From contig NC_043005.1 in the NCBI RefSeq assembly GCF_006345805.1, positions 39,308,001 through 39,372,000 of the forward strand: a stretch of DNA of 64,000 nucleotides. Reading direction: 5' to 3'. Position 1 is the stretch's first letter, and every line of letters starts with the position of its first letter. Origin of the DNA: Octopus sinensis. Lineage: Eukaryota. The position numbers and the translations under genes were made by a program. Below, piece after piece: positions 48,831 to 62,240 of the stretch. The notes below the pieces were generated by a model. That model had not been told where the DNA came from, made no database searches, and worked only from the letters and a program-made list of their open reading frames with translations.

Positions 48831-51800
48831 TCTAACATTGTATATGTATAATTCGCTCTGTGATTATGTATTAAATGTAGCTGGATACTTTCGCCATGAA
48901 CGTGTATGGAGTGCTGGCTGTAATGTTTTTACACTAATCACAACATCCACTAGATTCTATTTATAAGGAATGTGCGTGTGTGTGTCTGTGTTTGTGCTTG
49001 CTAATCCGTATTAGTGTGTGTGAGTATGTGATTGTGTGCCTATGTATGTGATTGTGTGCCTCTATTATATGAATACATTATGTTTTAATATAGTGCGTAT
49101 ATTTGTCTTTGTGCGTGTCATCGTCCAAAGCGCCACGTTTCTTTCCCGGTGATCATTCCGATAGTAAGCGCCATCTCTCTATTCAATTAAATATTGTCGA
49201 TATGTCAGTCAGTTTCCATAATTTAGCAACAACAGCAGAGAAGGAATAGAAAATTAAAGGGAAAGAGTTGTGGAGAGTAAGGATCGGTACCCGGGGTTTG
49301 CCCTTTCTTCGGTAAAATAATTAATACGGATCGATTTTTTTCTCCCTCCAGCTATAATATCTCAATGCCATATACTGAAATATTATTGTTTGTTGAAGAA
49401 TGCTGCTACAGATGGTGTTGATTGATGTATTGAACATCGTAAACGCTAGTTTTGTGTTAGTGAATCCCTGTTGGTTATCAGTTTGAAAAATATAAAGCAC
49501 TCCAGTAGATAATAATTTAACTTCTTGACTCTAAGTCTAGAAGTTCGTGTCGCTGGACAAGAGCGTAAAGCTCTCCTATTTCCACTTATTTGTTAGTATG
49601 CACGTAGATTTTCCATGTAGTTTTTTCGACCTTCTAGAAATAACAGCCAAATCTTCCACCAAAAACTACATTTCCCTATTGTCGGAGACAATAAATACAG
49701 GTTCTAATGCACTAAAAGATGAGATGGGCATAACTGGAACGTCTTTCCTTGTTGTTCTACTTATTCAAGGATGACCTGAAATCAAATTACAATGACACCA
49801 GCCGACAATTGCAAGTGAGTATGACTTAGTAGTAAGTACCATGTTTTAACTAATAGTCGTCGCTGCCTGTGTAATCAGGACACCTTCTCAGCCCTCCCAC
49901 TAGTTGACGCACCAAAACATCAAAGATATGACAGCAGGAAAGAAAAAGGTTTGCGCAAGCACAAGGCAGTCACTCTTTTTTGTAAGTAATGTTATATGAA
50001 ATACTTTGCTGAAGGACACAAAGCCCTGCTCGCTTCAAGAATCGAACCCACGACTTTACAATCGTGATCCCCACACTTCAACCACTAGGTCACACACTGC
50101 ACACTAAAGGGGTACGTACAGCATCTAAGTTTCCCAAGCAGTTATTCCTCTAAGTATCAAATTGGTTTCATGCTGCTTAACTTCGGTAATTCAACGGGAA
50201 ATGGAGTTTTCTATGAGAGATCGGAAGTTTAGAATGTCCAGAGATAAATTTGTGTTCGCCATTAAAATATAAAAACTGTGCGAACGGTTATTCGAATGAC
50301 TTCAGCAGTTCTCGTGTACTCTCCTTGCCTAGTCTTAACGCCTTTTTCCATGAGCCTAGGTGAAGTGAATATTTTCATACTCTACACTGATGTAGAGTTT
50401 GTTTGCAAAGCGAAAACTATACTGTTGTAGAATCATCGAATTACAGGAAATCAACACTTTTTTTCTGATAACAGTAACCTTCAGATATTCAGGTTGATGA
50501 TCAGCCTCATCAAACTCACCGTTTTGGGAGGTACTATGCAAGTGTAGAGAGACTTCCGTGAACCTACTCTGTCCTAAGGCATCACTAAGTAATTTGCGTT
50601 TAGTTAGTGAGTTAAAGAGCAAAAACACGGGTCATTTCTCATTGCTTGCTTCTATCCTTTCTCTACAAGGTCTATTAGTTCCCCTTGGTGACTAACTTCA
50701 GAAACACCGTGTACTTTAATAGGTACTTCGTGGTTTTCCGTTGTTTTCGGAATGTTTTCACACCATCAGTCTGGTCGCGCAGAACACAGAGGACAAGAAA
50801 TTTATACAGCAAAAGAGTTTGTCGAACGCTCCTAATTCCGCCAATTTACCATGGTGAGTGGCGACTTTATTTTATCGACCTTAGAAGAATAAAAAGCAAA
50901 GGTGACCTCTGCAAGATTTGAACTCAGAACGCAAAGATAGGTGACATATATTACAAATCATTTTGTCCCGCTTTTCTACCACTTCACCATCCCCAGATCT
51001 ACTAAAATCACACAAGTGACTTCATAATATTAGAGATTTGTTGTTTCGTTCAGTAGTAAACAATCACTTCCTGTAGTGGTTACTTAATTTACATCAGTTG
51101 TGGTCATTGAGAGTGAAGTATGTTGTCCACAAATACAACAAAACGCTGGTGACATGATACTACAAACCATTAATCGCTCAACTGGTTGTGTAGAACCCTA
51201 TTGATTGAGTCATCAGGATTCGTGTTACTGCTACTGCTAATATTATTTTGTTGTCGGTTAGTGTTATTGCTTCCACAAATGCAATCGCTTTTACAATTGC
51301 TTTTGTTTCAATTCCTTATAGCAATATTGAATACTTATATTGGCCTAATGCCATATATCTGTAAGAGAGAACTATAGAACATGTCTGGGAAATATATATC
51401 GACTCCTAGTCGGATAAAAAGACAATCAAAGTCAATTCCACTGGGATTTGACCCTAGAACACAGAGTCCAAATTAAAAGTCTGTTGCTTTTGTTCAGATT
51501 GTTGTTGCTATTTTCTTGGTGTAATTGTTGCTGTTTATGATTTTACTTATACCAAAATTAAACCTGATCGAATAGATTTGATCATTCGAGCTGTAGCATG
51601 TCAGAGAAGCAAACAAAAAGCCGTGTAATATTTGTTCCGGTTCTTTACGTTCTGAGTTCATATCTTGCCGAGCTCATTTTCACTATTCATCCTTCCGATG
51701 TCGATAAGAGGAAGAACCAGCCTAGGACGGATGAGGATAGCGTTGGTCGAAATATATGATCAAAAGTGATTCAACTTTCGCCTTTCATTATTTTGTTTAT

Positions 51801-52910
51801 AAGTCATGGTGTGTCTAAATCTCTATCAGTCAAAGTGAACTTCTTTTTTTTATCTAAAACGATAGATTGAAATATAATGGAGATTTGTATGTCATTTTCT
51901 CCAGAAGGATAGGTGATGTCTTAAATTTTTTCCCAATTCTGTTGTAAGAAATTCAGGATCGTGCACCACCGTTTCTCCAAACACAGCAAATAAATTCCAG
52001 TAACCAACTTTATTCCTGTTACGGAATTTTGGTTACATCAGTAAAGAACTTTTGGCTGATATGTTACCGTTCCTGACACTGGTGTTGGTGGATGATGTAC
52101 TCATTTATATCATTGCTTCTATAATAGCTAACACTTCTACTGATGATCAATCGAAGAGAAATTCCTATACGGTATTTCTCTACTGACTTAGCCTAACTAG
52201 AAATAGCAGCCAAATTTCCCCCCCCCCAGTCGAATCCACAGTGTCTGAAACAAGGAGGAATAAAATTGGTAATGTAATCCTAAATATAACTGAAAATAAA
52301 TTAGCAATGTCACGTGCCAAACATGTTGCTTTTGAATCAGTTCGGTGAGGACATGTGTGAAATTATATCTCAACAAAAATTAAATCTGACGGACCCTAGT
52401 GTTGTGAATTACCAGTACCTATAGTACAACTTCATTACAATCTCTGCCATCACAACTAACTATTATTACAAAAGCACTGCCCTCACAATCACTGTTTCAC
52501 TACTAATCTCGTTAATTCTCACCAAGGCCAGCAATTTTGATGGGAAAAGCAAAGCTGATTACATTCTTTTCAGGGATTAACTGGTACTTCTTTTATCGAA
52601 CCCGAAAGGATGGAAGGCGCAATTTACCCAGGTAGAATTTTGGATTCAGAACGAAAGGAGCCAGAAGAAATGCTGATAAGAATTTTGTCCAAGTTGGGGT
52701 TTCCATTTCCAAAACCCATTATTAACATTGTATTTTTGTTGTGCCTATCACAGTTACTAACAATTGAACCAGTGACTGAGTGGAAACTTTTCATTTTAAG
52801 TGATTCGTCCTAAGTTTTAATATAGAAAGTTTCGATATCGCCATTTAACTTTTTTTAATACGTAGAAATATGCTGTTGGTGTTGATGGTGGAGGTGGGAG
52901 TAACAGTAAT

Positions 52911-52961
<51 letters not shown>

Positions 52962-53291
52962 TGTTGTTGTTGTTGTTGAAGCAACAGCAGCTGCAGGCTG
53001 AGGAGTCCTGACGTGTGAATTACACCAGAATATAACGGAATTCGCTCGACAAAATGTCTTGATCAAACACACAAGACACGCACACACACACACATGGACA
53101 CGCACATACACACACGCACACGCACACACACACACACACGCACACGCACACACACATGCACACACACACGCATTTAACATTTAGAAGAGAATAATATAAA
53201 TGTCACAATTGGCTTGCTATTTATTTTACATGTGTATCTGTATCTTTTTGTGAGTGTTTGTGTATGTGGGTCTGCATGTTTGTGTAAGTGT

Positions 53292-53327
<36 letters not shown>

Positions 53328-56229
53328 TGTGTGTATGAGCGCGTGTGTTTTTGTCTAGGTATCTGTATATACGTGTGTCTGTGTCTGTGTCTGTGCGTAC
53401 ATGTGTGTGTTTGCATGTGAGTGCGTGTGCGTTGTGCGTGTATATATTTGTGTGCGTGTGTTTTGATATTTCCCAAAAGGTTACTGACCTCTAGCATACA
53501 TTCCGATCGTAAAATCCTGACTGATCACTGCCGGGTCAAGGAAAATAAGCATTTGAGTTTGGACGTGTGTGGTCATGTGTTCTGTTTTCCCAGTCTTTAC
53601 CGATGGCACAGGAATAGATAGTCACAAGATTAGTATCACCCTCTGTCAGACGTGTTTACGATATATTGTTCATGATCTCACCTCTCTAATTTCATTTTAT
53701 AGTTCTTTCATACAAAGTTTCAATGTCTAGTATAAACAAATACAGACATATTATACACCATACAACATAGAATATTGATTTATTAGAGGGTTTATCATTA
53801 ATAACCAAGTGGTTGTTAAGAACAGCTCCACTTTAAAAGGGGAAATAATCGCAAGATTAAGGAGAATGACAGGTTTCTTGACTAGAGATATGTGAACTGT
53901 CATGGACACGTTCCTGGACCAATACCAGTCATTAGCACGACAATTGTTCGACTTTATCTTCATAAGGGCCAAAGGATTGGGACAGATACAAAAAGATTAG
54001 AGAATATGTCATAATTACCAAATTATTTATGACCTCGGTAATTTGCATAATTTGAACAAAATGAGCTAAGAGAAATAACTGAGTGGCCAGTGGTATGCAT
54101 TTGAATAACATTGATAAATATAGGTATATCAAATACAATACAGTATTAATTCTTCATTTATTAAAATTATCTCCACCTCTAGAGGATGTATCATAATTGC
54201 AAATTGTGAGTTAGACCAGCTCAATTTGAGAAGAGGAAATAATGTTGAGAATCAAGAATTTTTTAAAAATTGAAACACCTCCACGTCTGTCCTCTTATCT
54301 CCAGAGAATGAGCCTGTCGTTTCCCTTGACTGCATGTCAGCTTTGGAGAAATTCTTGATTTTTTAGATTACCTCTCCTTGTCAAGTGAAGTCTGTCTTAT
54401 CCGTCATTTGGTAATTATGACAATTTCTCTAGATGTGGAGGTAGTTTTAATAAATCAAGAATTCATATTGTATGGTATTTGGCATTTAGATGTTGTTCAT
54501 ATACATGCCACATTTTCTTCAGTTCATTTTTATTAAACCATCAATAACCAAGTTAAATTAATTTACTGAATGAATTAGACCACATCTCAACCCGCTAATG
54601 ATAACACCAAACAAGAACAACAATAGCTACAAAAACAGTAAAAGCTACAATAACAGCAACTACTTTAACAACAATAACGGCGACAACAAGAGCAACACCA
54701 ACACCAGTAGCAGCGGCAATAACTTCAACTACAACATCGGCATGACTACCACAAAACAAGGCAATAACAAGACCACAGCTGAACATTTGTGTCGTCTACT
54801 GATCTGCCAGCGGTAGAAGATCCATGGTGCCTATAACATTTCATTTGACATAAACATATGTTCCACTAAAGGCGTGGAGTCACAATTTTACATTTCTCCT
54901 AAAATTGGAATCTTAAGAAAAGAGCCTAGACTTTTAAAGGTAGAAGCAATGTTCATGCCAATTAACAGCTATTTGTGATAGAAACGCTTGTTTTCTCATC
55001 AATTATCCGCCATATTGGCTGGTTTTGAAATGTATCATTTAGTTACAATCCCACTCTGTTTAGTAATGTAAATTATCTGTTTACTTTTACATATAGGCAT
55101 CAATTAGCTATCAGGATATGGCTTTTCTCTGGATGTCTTTTCAACTATAAAAATCACTATATAAAGAAAGTTAAGTGAAAAGGCATAACTTCGTAGCGTA
55201 TCACAAGCATGACAATGCATTCTGAACAGGACACCAGGAGCTATCTTTTAACAGACTAAATAATACATATATATATTATCGAGTTGTGTGTGTGTGTGTG
55301 TGTGTGCGTACGTGCGTGGTACAGTGTTTCAGCACAAGGTCATGCAACGAGTCGCTCTATTTTTAAAATGTTATGGTTTGATTTGAGAGAGATTGAATTG
55401 ATATTTCTAGCAGGTGAATCGACGACACATTGTGCGTGGGCATCTGCTTTTTCCCTATTGTCTTCTGTCTGACGATCCATGATTATGTTTAAAACAAAAT
55501 AAGATTAAATAGTCCGGGAGTAAGAATGGGAGTGGAGAAAATCTAGGAGATATTGAGAGAAAACAGAGAGAGAGAGAGAGGCGGGGAGAAGAAAAGGATT
55601 GAAAAAGAAAGGGATAGTACGAAAGAAAGGAAGAGGAAGAGAGCAACGGAGATAGAGTTAAGTACAGCAAAAGTGTAAAATGGGTGTGGGAGACGAGAGA
55701 TGTGGAATAGTCGAACATAGAATTATCGACAGGCAAGTGTATAGTTGAATGTGAAATGTCGCCATTTATGTTCTGTTAATTAGCATCGAAAATGTACCAA
55801 TAAACATATAGTTCTGGCATCTAGGTATCAGCATTTCAAATGTAATTTAATACATTAATCCAACATTATTAAAACATAATCACATACATATAACGTATTC
55901 ACCAACTGGCTTTCACATCAACTTTAAACGGAGTCTGGATAGATTCCTTCAAAGAATACCAGATAAGCCACCCATAATTGGATACAACTCACCCAACAAG
56001 AACTCACTACTTGAACAAAACTTGACTTAAACAGGATTCGAATAATCCTATCAGGTGGTGCTATTAAGTTAGACATGGCCTGGACCAATCTTTAGTCGAA
56101 ACATATCTAAGTTTATCTAAGTTTACATATATATATTTATGTGTGTGTGCCTCCCTTAGTGTGTGTGTGTGCCTCCCTTAGTGTGCGTGTGTGTGTGTGT
56201 CCATCCGTAGAAACTTTTTTCAGTATTAT

Positions 56230-56453
56230 CTTATACTCTTTTACTTGTTTCAGTTATTTGACTTTGGCCATGCTGGAGCACCACCTTTAGTCGACCAAAT
56301 CGACCCCGAGACTTATTGTTTGTAAGCCTAGTACTTATTCTATCGGTCTCTTTTGCTAAACCGCTTAGTTACGGGGACGTAAGCACACCAGCATCGGTTG
56401 TCAACCAATGTTTGGGGAACAAACACAGACACACAAACATATACATACGCATG

Positions 56454-56488
<35 letters not shown>

Positions 56489-56547
56489 TTGCATACAACA
56501 CATATATACATACACACCCACATATATAGATATATATATATATATAT

Positions 56548-56583
<36 letters not shown>

Positions 56584-56790
56584 AGAGAGAGATGTATGTA
56601 TGTATATATTATATAAATATATACACATTACGACCTCGCTTCTTTCAGTTTCCGTCTACCACCAAATCCATTAGAAGTGCTTTGGTCGCCCGATGCTATA
56701 GAGAAGACCATCCCAGGTCACGCAGTGGACGAACCCGGAACCATGTGGTTTGGTTAGCAAGCTACTTACCACACAGCCACTACTACACCT
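56230..56790 (-). mobile_element. SINE family A, full length, with expanded internal microsatellite
   Basis: 3' domain close to consensus (ggccatgctggagcaccacctttagtcgaccaaatcgacccc); head ends cttaccacacagccactac. Confidence 0.9.
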
Positions 56791-57315
56791 ACGTAATTGA
56801 ATTACAATACTAACAACTGCTGCTGAATATTCCCTGATCTTTTTGGTTACAACAGGCTTCCAGAATGCATAAGGCAAATGTAAGTATAAATGTTTACGTT
56901 CTCATATGTCTGCATAGCGTAACGGTAATGACGGACGAAATTATGCTTAGCATTTTGCCCGGCATACTGACGCTTCTGCCAGCTCACCCCTTATACTTAG
57001 TTCTAAAGTAGAAGACACATGCCCAAGGTGCCACGCAGTGGGACTGAACCCGGACCATGTGGTTGGTTAGCAAGCTACTTACCACACAGCCACTCCTACA
57101 CCTACGTAATTGAATATACAATACGACAACTGCTGCTGAATATTCCCTTGATCTTTTGGTTACAGGCTTCCAGAATGCATAAGCAAATGTAGTTATAAAT
57201 GTTTACGTTCTCATATGTATGCATGCGTACGTAATGACGGACGAAATTATGCTTAGCATTTTGTCCGGCATACTGACGCTTCTGCCAGCTCACCACCTTA
57301 GTACTTAGTTCTAAA
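56702..57315 (+). repeat. Direct duplication of ~306 bp (56702-57007 / 57010-57315)
   Basis: The two copies differ mostly by 1-3 nt indels. Confidence 0.9.
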
Positions 57316-58261
57316 TTAATATTACCACAAAATGAGGTGGCGAGCTGGCAGAATCGTTAGAACTCCGGGCAAAATGTTGAGCGGCATTTCGTCCGTTTTT
57401 ACGTATCCATCCATTCGAGGTGGATAAAACAAGCACTAGTCGTATAGTGTGTCCGCTCTAATCGATTTATCTATTCTCCAAAATTACTGGCATTGTGCTA
57501 AAATTTGAAATCAATATTGCCACAGATTATATGAGACAATTTACGAAAAAATTGGTCGGCAATGGTATTTAAAATCATTGTAATTATACTGAGCTGAATA
57601 TTCTTTTTTTCTTTATATCAGTCTATCTTTTTATACAGTTCACAAGCTATAATTATGTTCATCTTATTGTGCTATCTGCCCACGGAGCTCGAGAATTAAA
57701 TGATTACCGAAGTCTTATTTCTGCATAAAAATGAAATGCCTTTATTAAATGAGATAAATAATTACATACTGTAGCGTGTTATCGTAGAGCTACCGTGGGA
57801 AAGTGAGGTCTGACCAAGCTTTCACAACAATGTTTTACGTAAAATATTCTGGATAAACTTCTATAATTAATAATGGTAAGTTATGTGTCTCGGGATTTAG
57901 ATAGTTTTTTGCTGCTGAAAATACATGGTTCTTTAAATAGTTCACAAATTCGAAAAATTTGACTGCAGAGGTAAATATCGCCTAATCAGGAAGAAAATTT
58001 TCTGCTCATGGATTTCTTTCTTTGTTCTTCTTTATTTCGACTGCAGCCATGCTGTGGTGATTTTATTGTTCTATTATCATTAATAAAAGTGTAAATTCGA
58101 AAACGGAATTTGAAGTACGCATAATTTGTGGCACATTTTTCATCGTACTGTTTTGGATTTAACGGTCTGTAATGTATACCTCAAAAACTTCAGGCTTCAC
58201 TAGTCCTTTCCCCAAAAACTTCAGGCCATATGCCTATATTTGAACGAATTATTAATATAAT

Positions 58262-58895
58262 AATCCTTTCTACTATAGGCATATGGCCTGAAGTTTTGGG
58301 GTACAGGACTAGTCAATTACTGGTACTTAATTTATCGACCCCCGTAAGGATGAAAGGCAAAGTCGACCTCGGAGGAATTTGAACTTAGAACATAAAGCCG
58401 GACTAAATACCGCTATGCATTTTTGCCTGGTGTGCTAACGTGTCAGCCAGCTTGCCGCCTTTAATAATAACATTTCTCCTAAAGGTACAGTGCCTGAAAT
58501 TTTGTGGGGAGGGAACTAGTCGATTTCATCGACCCCACTGTTCCACTGGTGCTTAATTTATCGATTCCGAAAGGATGAAAGGCAAAGTGGAGCTCGGCGG
58601 AATTTGAACTCAAAACGTAAGGACGGACGAAATGCCGCTAAGCATTTTGTCCAGTGTGGTAACAATTCTGCCAGCTCACCGCCTTCAACCAATAATAATA
58701 ATCCTTTCTACTATAGGGGAGGGAAACTGTCGATCACATCGACCCCAGTACTTGATTGGTACTTAATTTATCGATTCCGAAAAGAAGAAAGGTAAAGTCG
58801 AGCTCGGTGGAATTTGAACTCAGAACGCAGCGACGGACGAAATGCCGCTAAGCATTTTGTCCTGCGTGCTAAAGATTTTGCCAGCTTGCCGCCTT
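58262..58895 (-). mobile_element. Three head-to-tail SINE family B copies
   Basis: Copies at ~58262-58461, 58470-58685 and 58699-58895, each separated by a taataa tail. Confidence 0.9.
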
Positions 58896-59716
58896 GAAAC
58901 AACGATAATAGCAATAATGTTCTTTTAACTTAAAATACTAATGTTCAAAACGGTATTTTAAATTTTTTCTCTGTCGGTCGTTTTATTATGGCAAAAATTT
59001 CAACTAAATCTCAGTAAACAAAAAGAGTTGGGAATAAATTTCCATACAAAAAGTTCCCAGAGAGTAAATGGAACAAAAGTGGTTAGGAAACTCAGTGCTA
59101 ACTTCCAATCACATAAAGGAGATGATTCCGCTGGTTATAAACAAAACCATTCTTTTGTTTTTATTTGTTTATTTGTCTTTTTTACAGTAACCCATCAAAA
59201 TTATATGTAAATCTATATCAGATGTAGACGGTAGGGCATTATGGCGGCTAAAAACATCATAAAATATAACAAAAACCATAAAATAAGCTAAAAAAATACA
59301 ACAAACAACGACCGTTTAGATCAATAAATTGGTCGATCTTTACTACTCATATTTTCAAAATGCAGACCATTTTCTTTGCAATATTCCTTTTATGTTTTGT
59401 GTGTGATGGTATTGATAGACAAATTTAACATCGATATGGATAATGATAAATATATATTGTTGGACTACAATATTAATCTGAGTAAATATAGAAATGTAAT
59501 CTTCCGAACAGAAAACAATAAACTTACCGATTTAGTACGCAAAACGTAGCCAGTATATAACAGCATGCATAACATCAAGAAGAGAGCGCTGCAGATACAA
59601 TAGACAAAGGGACTGTCGACTTGGTCCTCTTTCCCTATTTCATTGTTGGGCTCAAAATCCACTCTAAATTAATTGAAAAAAATATGATATAGACAGATAG
59701 ATAGATAGATGGATGG

Positions 59717-59780
<64 letters not shown>

Positions 59781-59793
59781 TAGATAGATAGAT

Positions 59794-60785
59794 ATGTTTC
59801 TTTATTAGCCACACAGATAGAACAAATTACAAGGTAGAGCTTTTCTTTGAAGGTATTAAAAAAAAAAAAAAAAGGAAGGGGGAGGTTCGATCAAAAGGGA
59901 CGTAAAAGGAGAGACAAGAGGACAAAAAAGGAGGGTTAAATAAAAAAAAAAAAAAAAAGGGGGGGGAGAGGAAAAAAAAAAATGATCAATAGGGATCGTT
60001 ATCACAGAAGGTCAATATGAAGTGTAAAGGGGAGGACAGGTGAGGGTTACCGTGGAAAGAAAAGCCTGCGGAAAGACCACGGTAACCTCGGTCAATGAAG
60101 TCACATTTATATTCTTTTTTTTTTTTTTTTTTTGCAAATAGCAACTCTCTGTTCGATTTCTATGGGTTTCAATAGGACTATGCTCAAGGTGGCTTCGTCA
60201 TTCATACGTGACCATTCTTGCTACATCACGCCCATCTTTTTAAAACATTCGCTAGACAAAAACTTGCCTCTCTACTCTCACTTTCCTTTCAAGTGGTACT
60301 TGAAGAAGTTGCTGAGAGATTGACCAGAGAGGAAAGTGTTTGTCTCCAATCCTTTCAGACGCCGTCCACCAGATACATTCTTTCGCCATAGCACAAGGAT
60401 GATGAAATACTCTTCCTTCCCGTTTGAAGGAAGGAGGCGTGACAATATTGACGATAGCTCAGCTGATAAACCGCACTCGTCCACACGTGACAGCAGTTGT
60501 TCGACATTAAGCCCACAGGTCGGAAATTGTTGGACACTGAACGAGTGCGTGCAGAACGTTTCGTCGCTCTGACCGCATCTCGGCAGGTCGGCCCGTGTTT
60601 CTCGAGCCGTGTCTGTAGAGCTTTCCCGAAACGGGTAGCGATTTCTCGGTAGCACTGCCAGGCACGGGATCTCTGAAAGTTTGTCCATGGGCCCTGGCCC
60701 GAAAGTCGTCCCGAACAGGCGGGTAGGTACTCCTCGTCGACGTCCAGGTTCGCGACGAGGAGTCCCGACCCGCCTGTTCGGGACG

Positions 60786-60786
<1 letters not shown>
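59794..60786 (-). mobile_element. Tx1/L1-clade LINE, 5'-truncated 3' end, low divergence
   Basis: VDEEYL.RLFGTTFGPGPMD...AWQCYR...LPVSGKLYRHGSRNTG...PRCGQSDET / LHALVQCP (CCHC knuckle across frameshifts)...NFFKYHLK. The 3' UTR has an 11 bp stem (60045-60055 / 60077-60087) and ends aataaagaaacat followed by (ATCT)n. Confidence 0.85.
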
Positions 60787-60835
<49 letters not shown>

Positions 60836-60842
60836 GTCTATG

Positions 60843-60900
<58 letters not shown>

Positions 60901-60927
60901 CAGACTGACAGACAGACGAAGAGACAA

Positions 60928-60960
<33 letters not shown>

Positions 60961-60987
60961 TAGATAGATAGGGAAAAGGGACTTACT

Positions 60988-61019
<32 letters not shown>

Positions 61020-61085
61020 GGCAGACAGGCATATACTAGATAGCAAGAGAGAGATTTAGAAAGAGAGAGAGAGAGAGAGAGAGGA
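60787..61085. repeat. (GATA)n/(GACA)n/(GA)n block
   Basis: Direct reading. Confidence 0.95.
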
Positions 61086-61273
61086 GAGCGAGGACGGACA
61101 AACGGGCAGGTAACTAAATAGATAGAGAGATAGCGAGAAAAATAGATGGATAGCCAAATAGGCGAACCGAAAACAGATAGGTAGATAGGAAGGCATGATT
61201 ATTTTCAGTAGTATGATCGAAATGTCAAATGGTTTTAAAGCAAGTTTACTGGAGAAAACGCAACACTTAGCCA

Positions 61274-61311
<38 letters not shown>

Positions 61312-61532
61312 CATATATGTGAGAAGGGAGAGTTTATGAACAAATACGTTGTTTTACGAAGTGCGAAGAGCGTAAAATCTAATGTACTCAACCGAGTACA
61401 TAAAATAATTATATTTGGTATATCATTTCGGCTTCATATTGGCGCTTATAATATTTAATATGTATATCTAAACAAACATCGGTTGTCAAACGATAGAAGG
61501 GAGAAACACAGACACACACACACACACACACA

Positions 61533-61571
<39 letters not shown>

Positions 61572-61619
61572 CACACGGACACACACACGCGCGCACACAC
61601 ACACACGCGTGTGTATGTA

Positions 61620-61848
61620 CACGCACAAAGAGGTGCTGAAATGTTCCTGGCTTTGAGTAAAAGTAAGATACGGGAGGATCAGTTAGTTATGATTTTATTC
61701 AACATATTCCCCTCAGAGATTCACACACTTATTGCAGCGGTCCCTCTGTTTTTTCTAAGATCTGTAAAGGAACACAGAAGGTTGGGCCTCCAAGCAAGAC
61801 TTTCGCGATACCCTTAAAGTCAGGAACTTTTCAGCATCTCCTCGTGTA
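61620..61848. mobile_element. Mariner-derived MITE, ~230 bp
   Basis: Imperfect TIRs: aagaggtgctgaaatgttcctggctt / aagtcaggaacttttcagcatctcctcgt. Confidence 0.65.
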
Positions 61849-61884
61849 TGTATATATATATATATGGTTGTGAGTGTGTGTGTG

Positions 61885-62014
61885 TGTGTGTGTGTTTGTC
61901 CCTACCACCATCGATTGACAGCCGGTGGTGGTGTGTTTACGTCCCCGTAACTTAGCGGTTGGCAAAAGAGACCGATAGAATAAGTACTAGGTACAAAGAA
62001 TAAGTCCTGGGGGA

Positions 62015-62085
<71 letters not shown>

Positions 62086-62240
62086 CGGGATTCTACATAG
62101 CTTCTACGAACCAATTCACTCATTCACTCACAAGGCATTGACCGGCTCGAGGTATAGTAGATGATGTGCCGCGCAGTGTGACAGAACTGGAAAGTCAATG
62201 TATGCAAGCCGATCTCTTGAACACACGCCAAGCCTCCGCC
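61885..62240. mobile_element. SINE family A 3' domain (+) followed by a family A head (-)
   Basis: ccccgtaacttagcggttggcaaaagagaccgatagaataagtactagg, then ctcacaaggcattgaccggctcgagg...gaacacacgccaagcctccgcc. Confidence 0.75.

Noticed and set aside
49777-50584. Minus-strand two-exon end of a gene (...DALGQSRFTEVSLHLHSTSQN|GHP*)
   Set aside because: The upstream acceptor is poor, and the model overlaps the better plus-strand candidate; phase agreement alone is weak evidence.
54598-54816. Asn/Thr-rich ORF resembling a mucin or prion-like domain
   Set aside because: Degenerate (AAC/ACA)n low-complexity sequence, with no splice or homology support.
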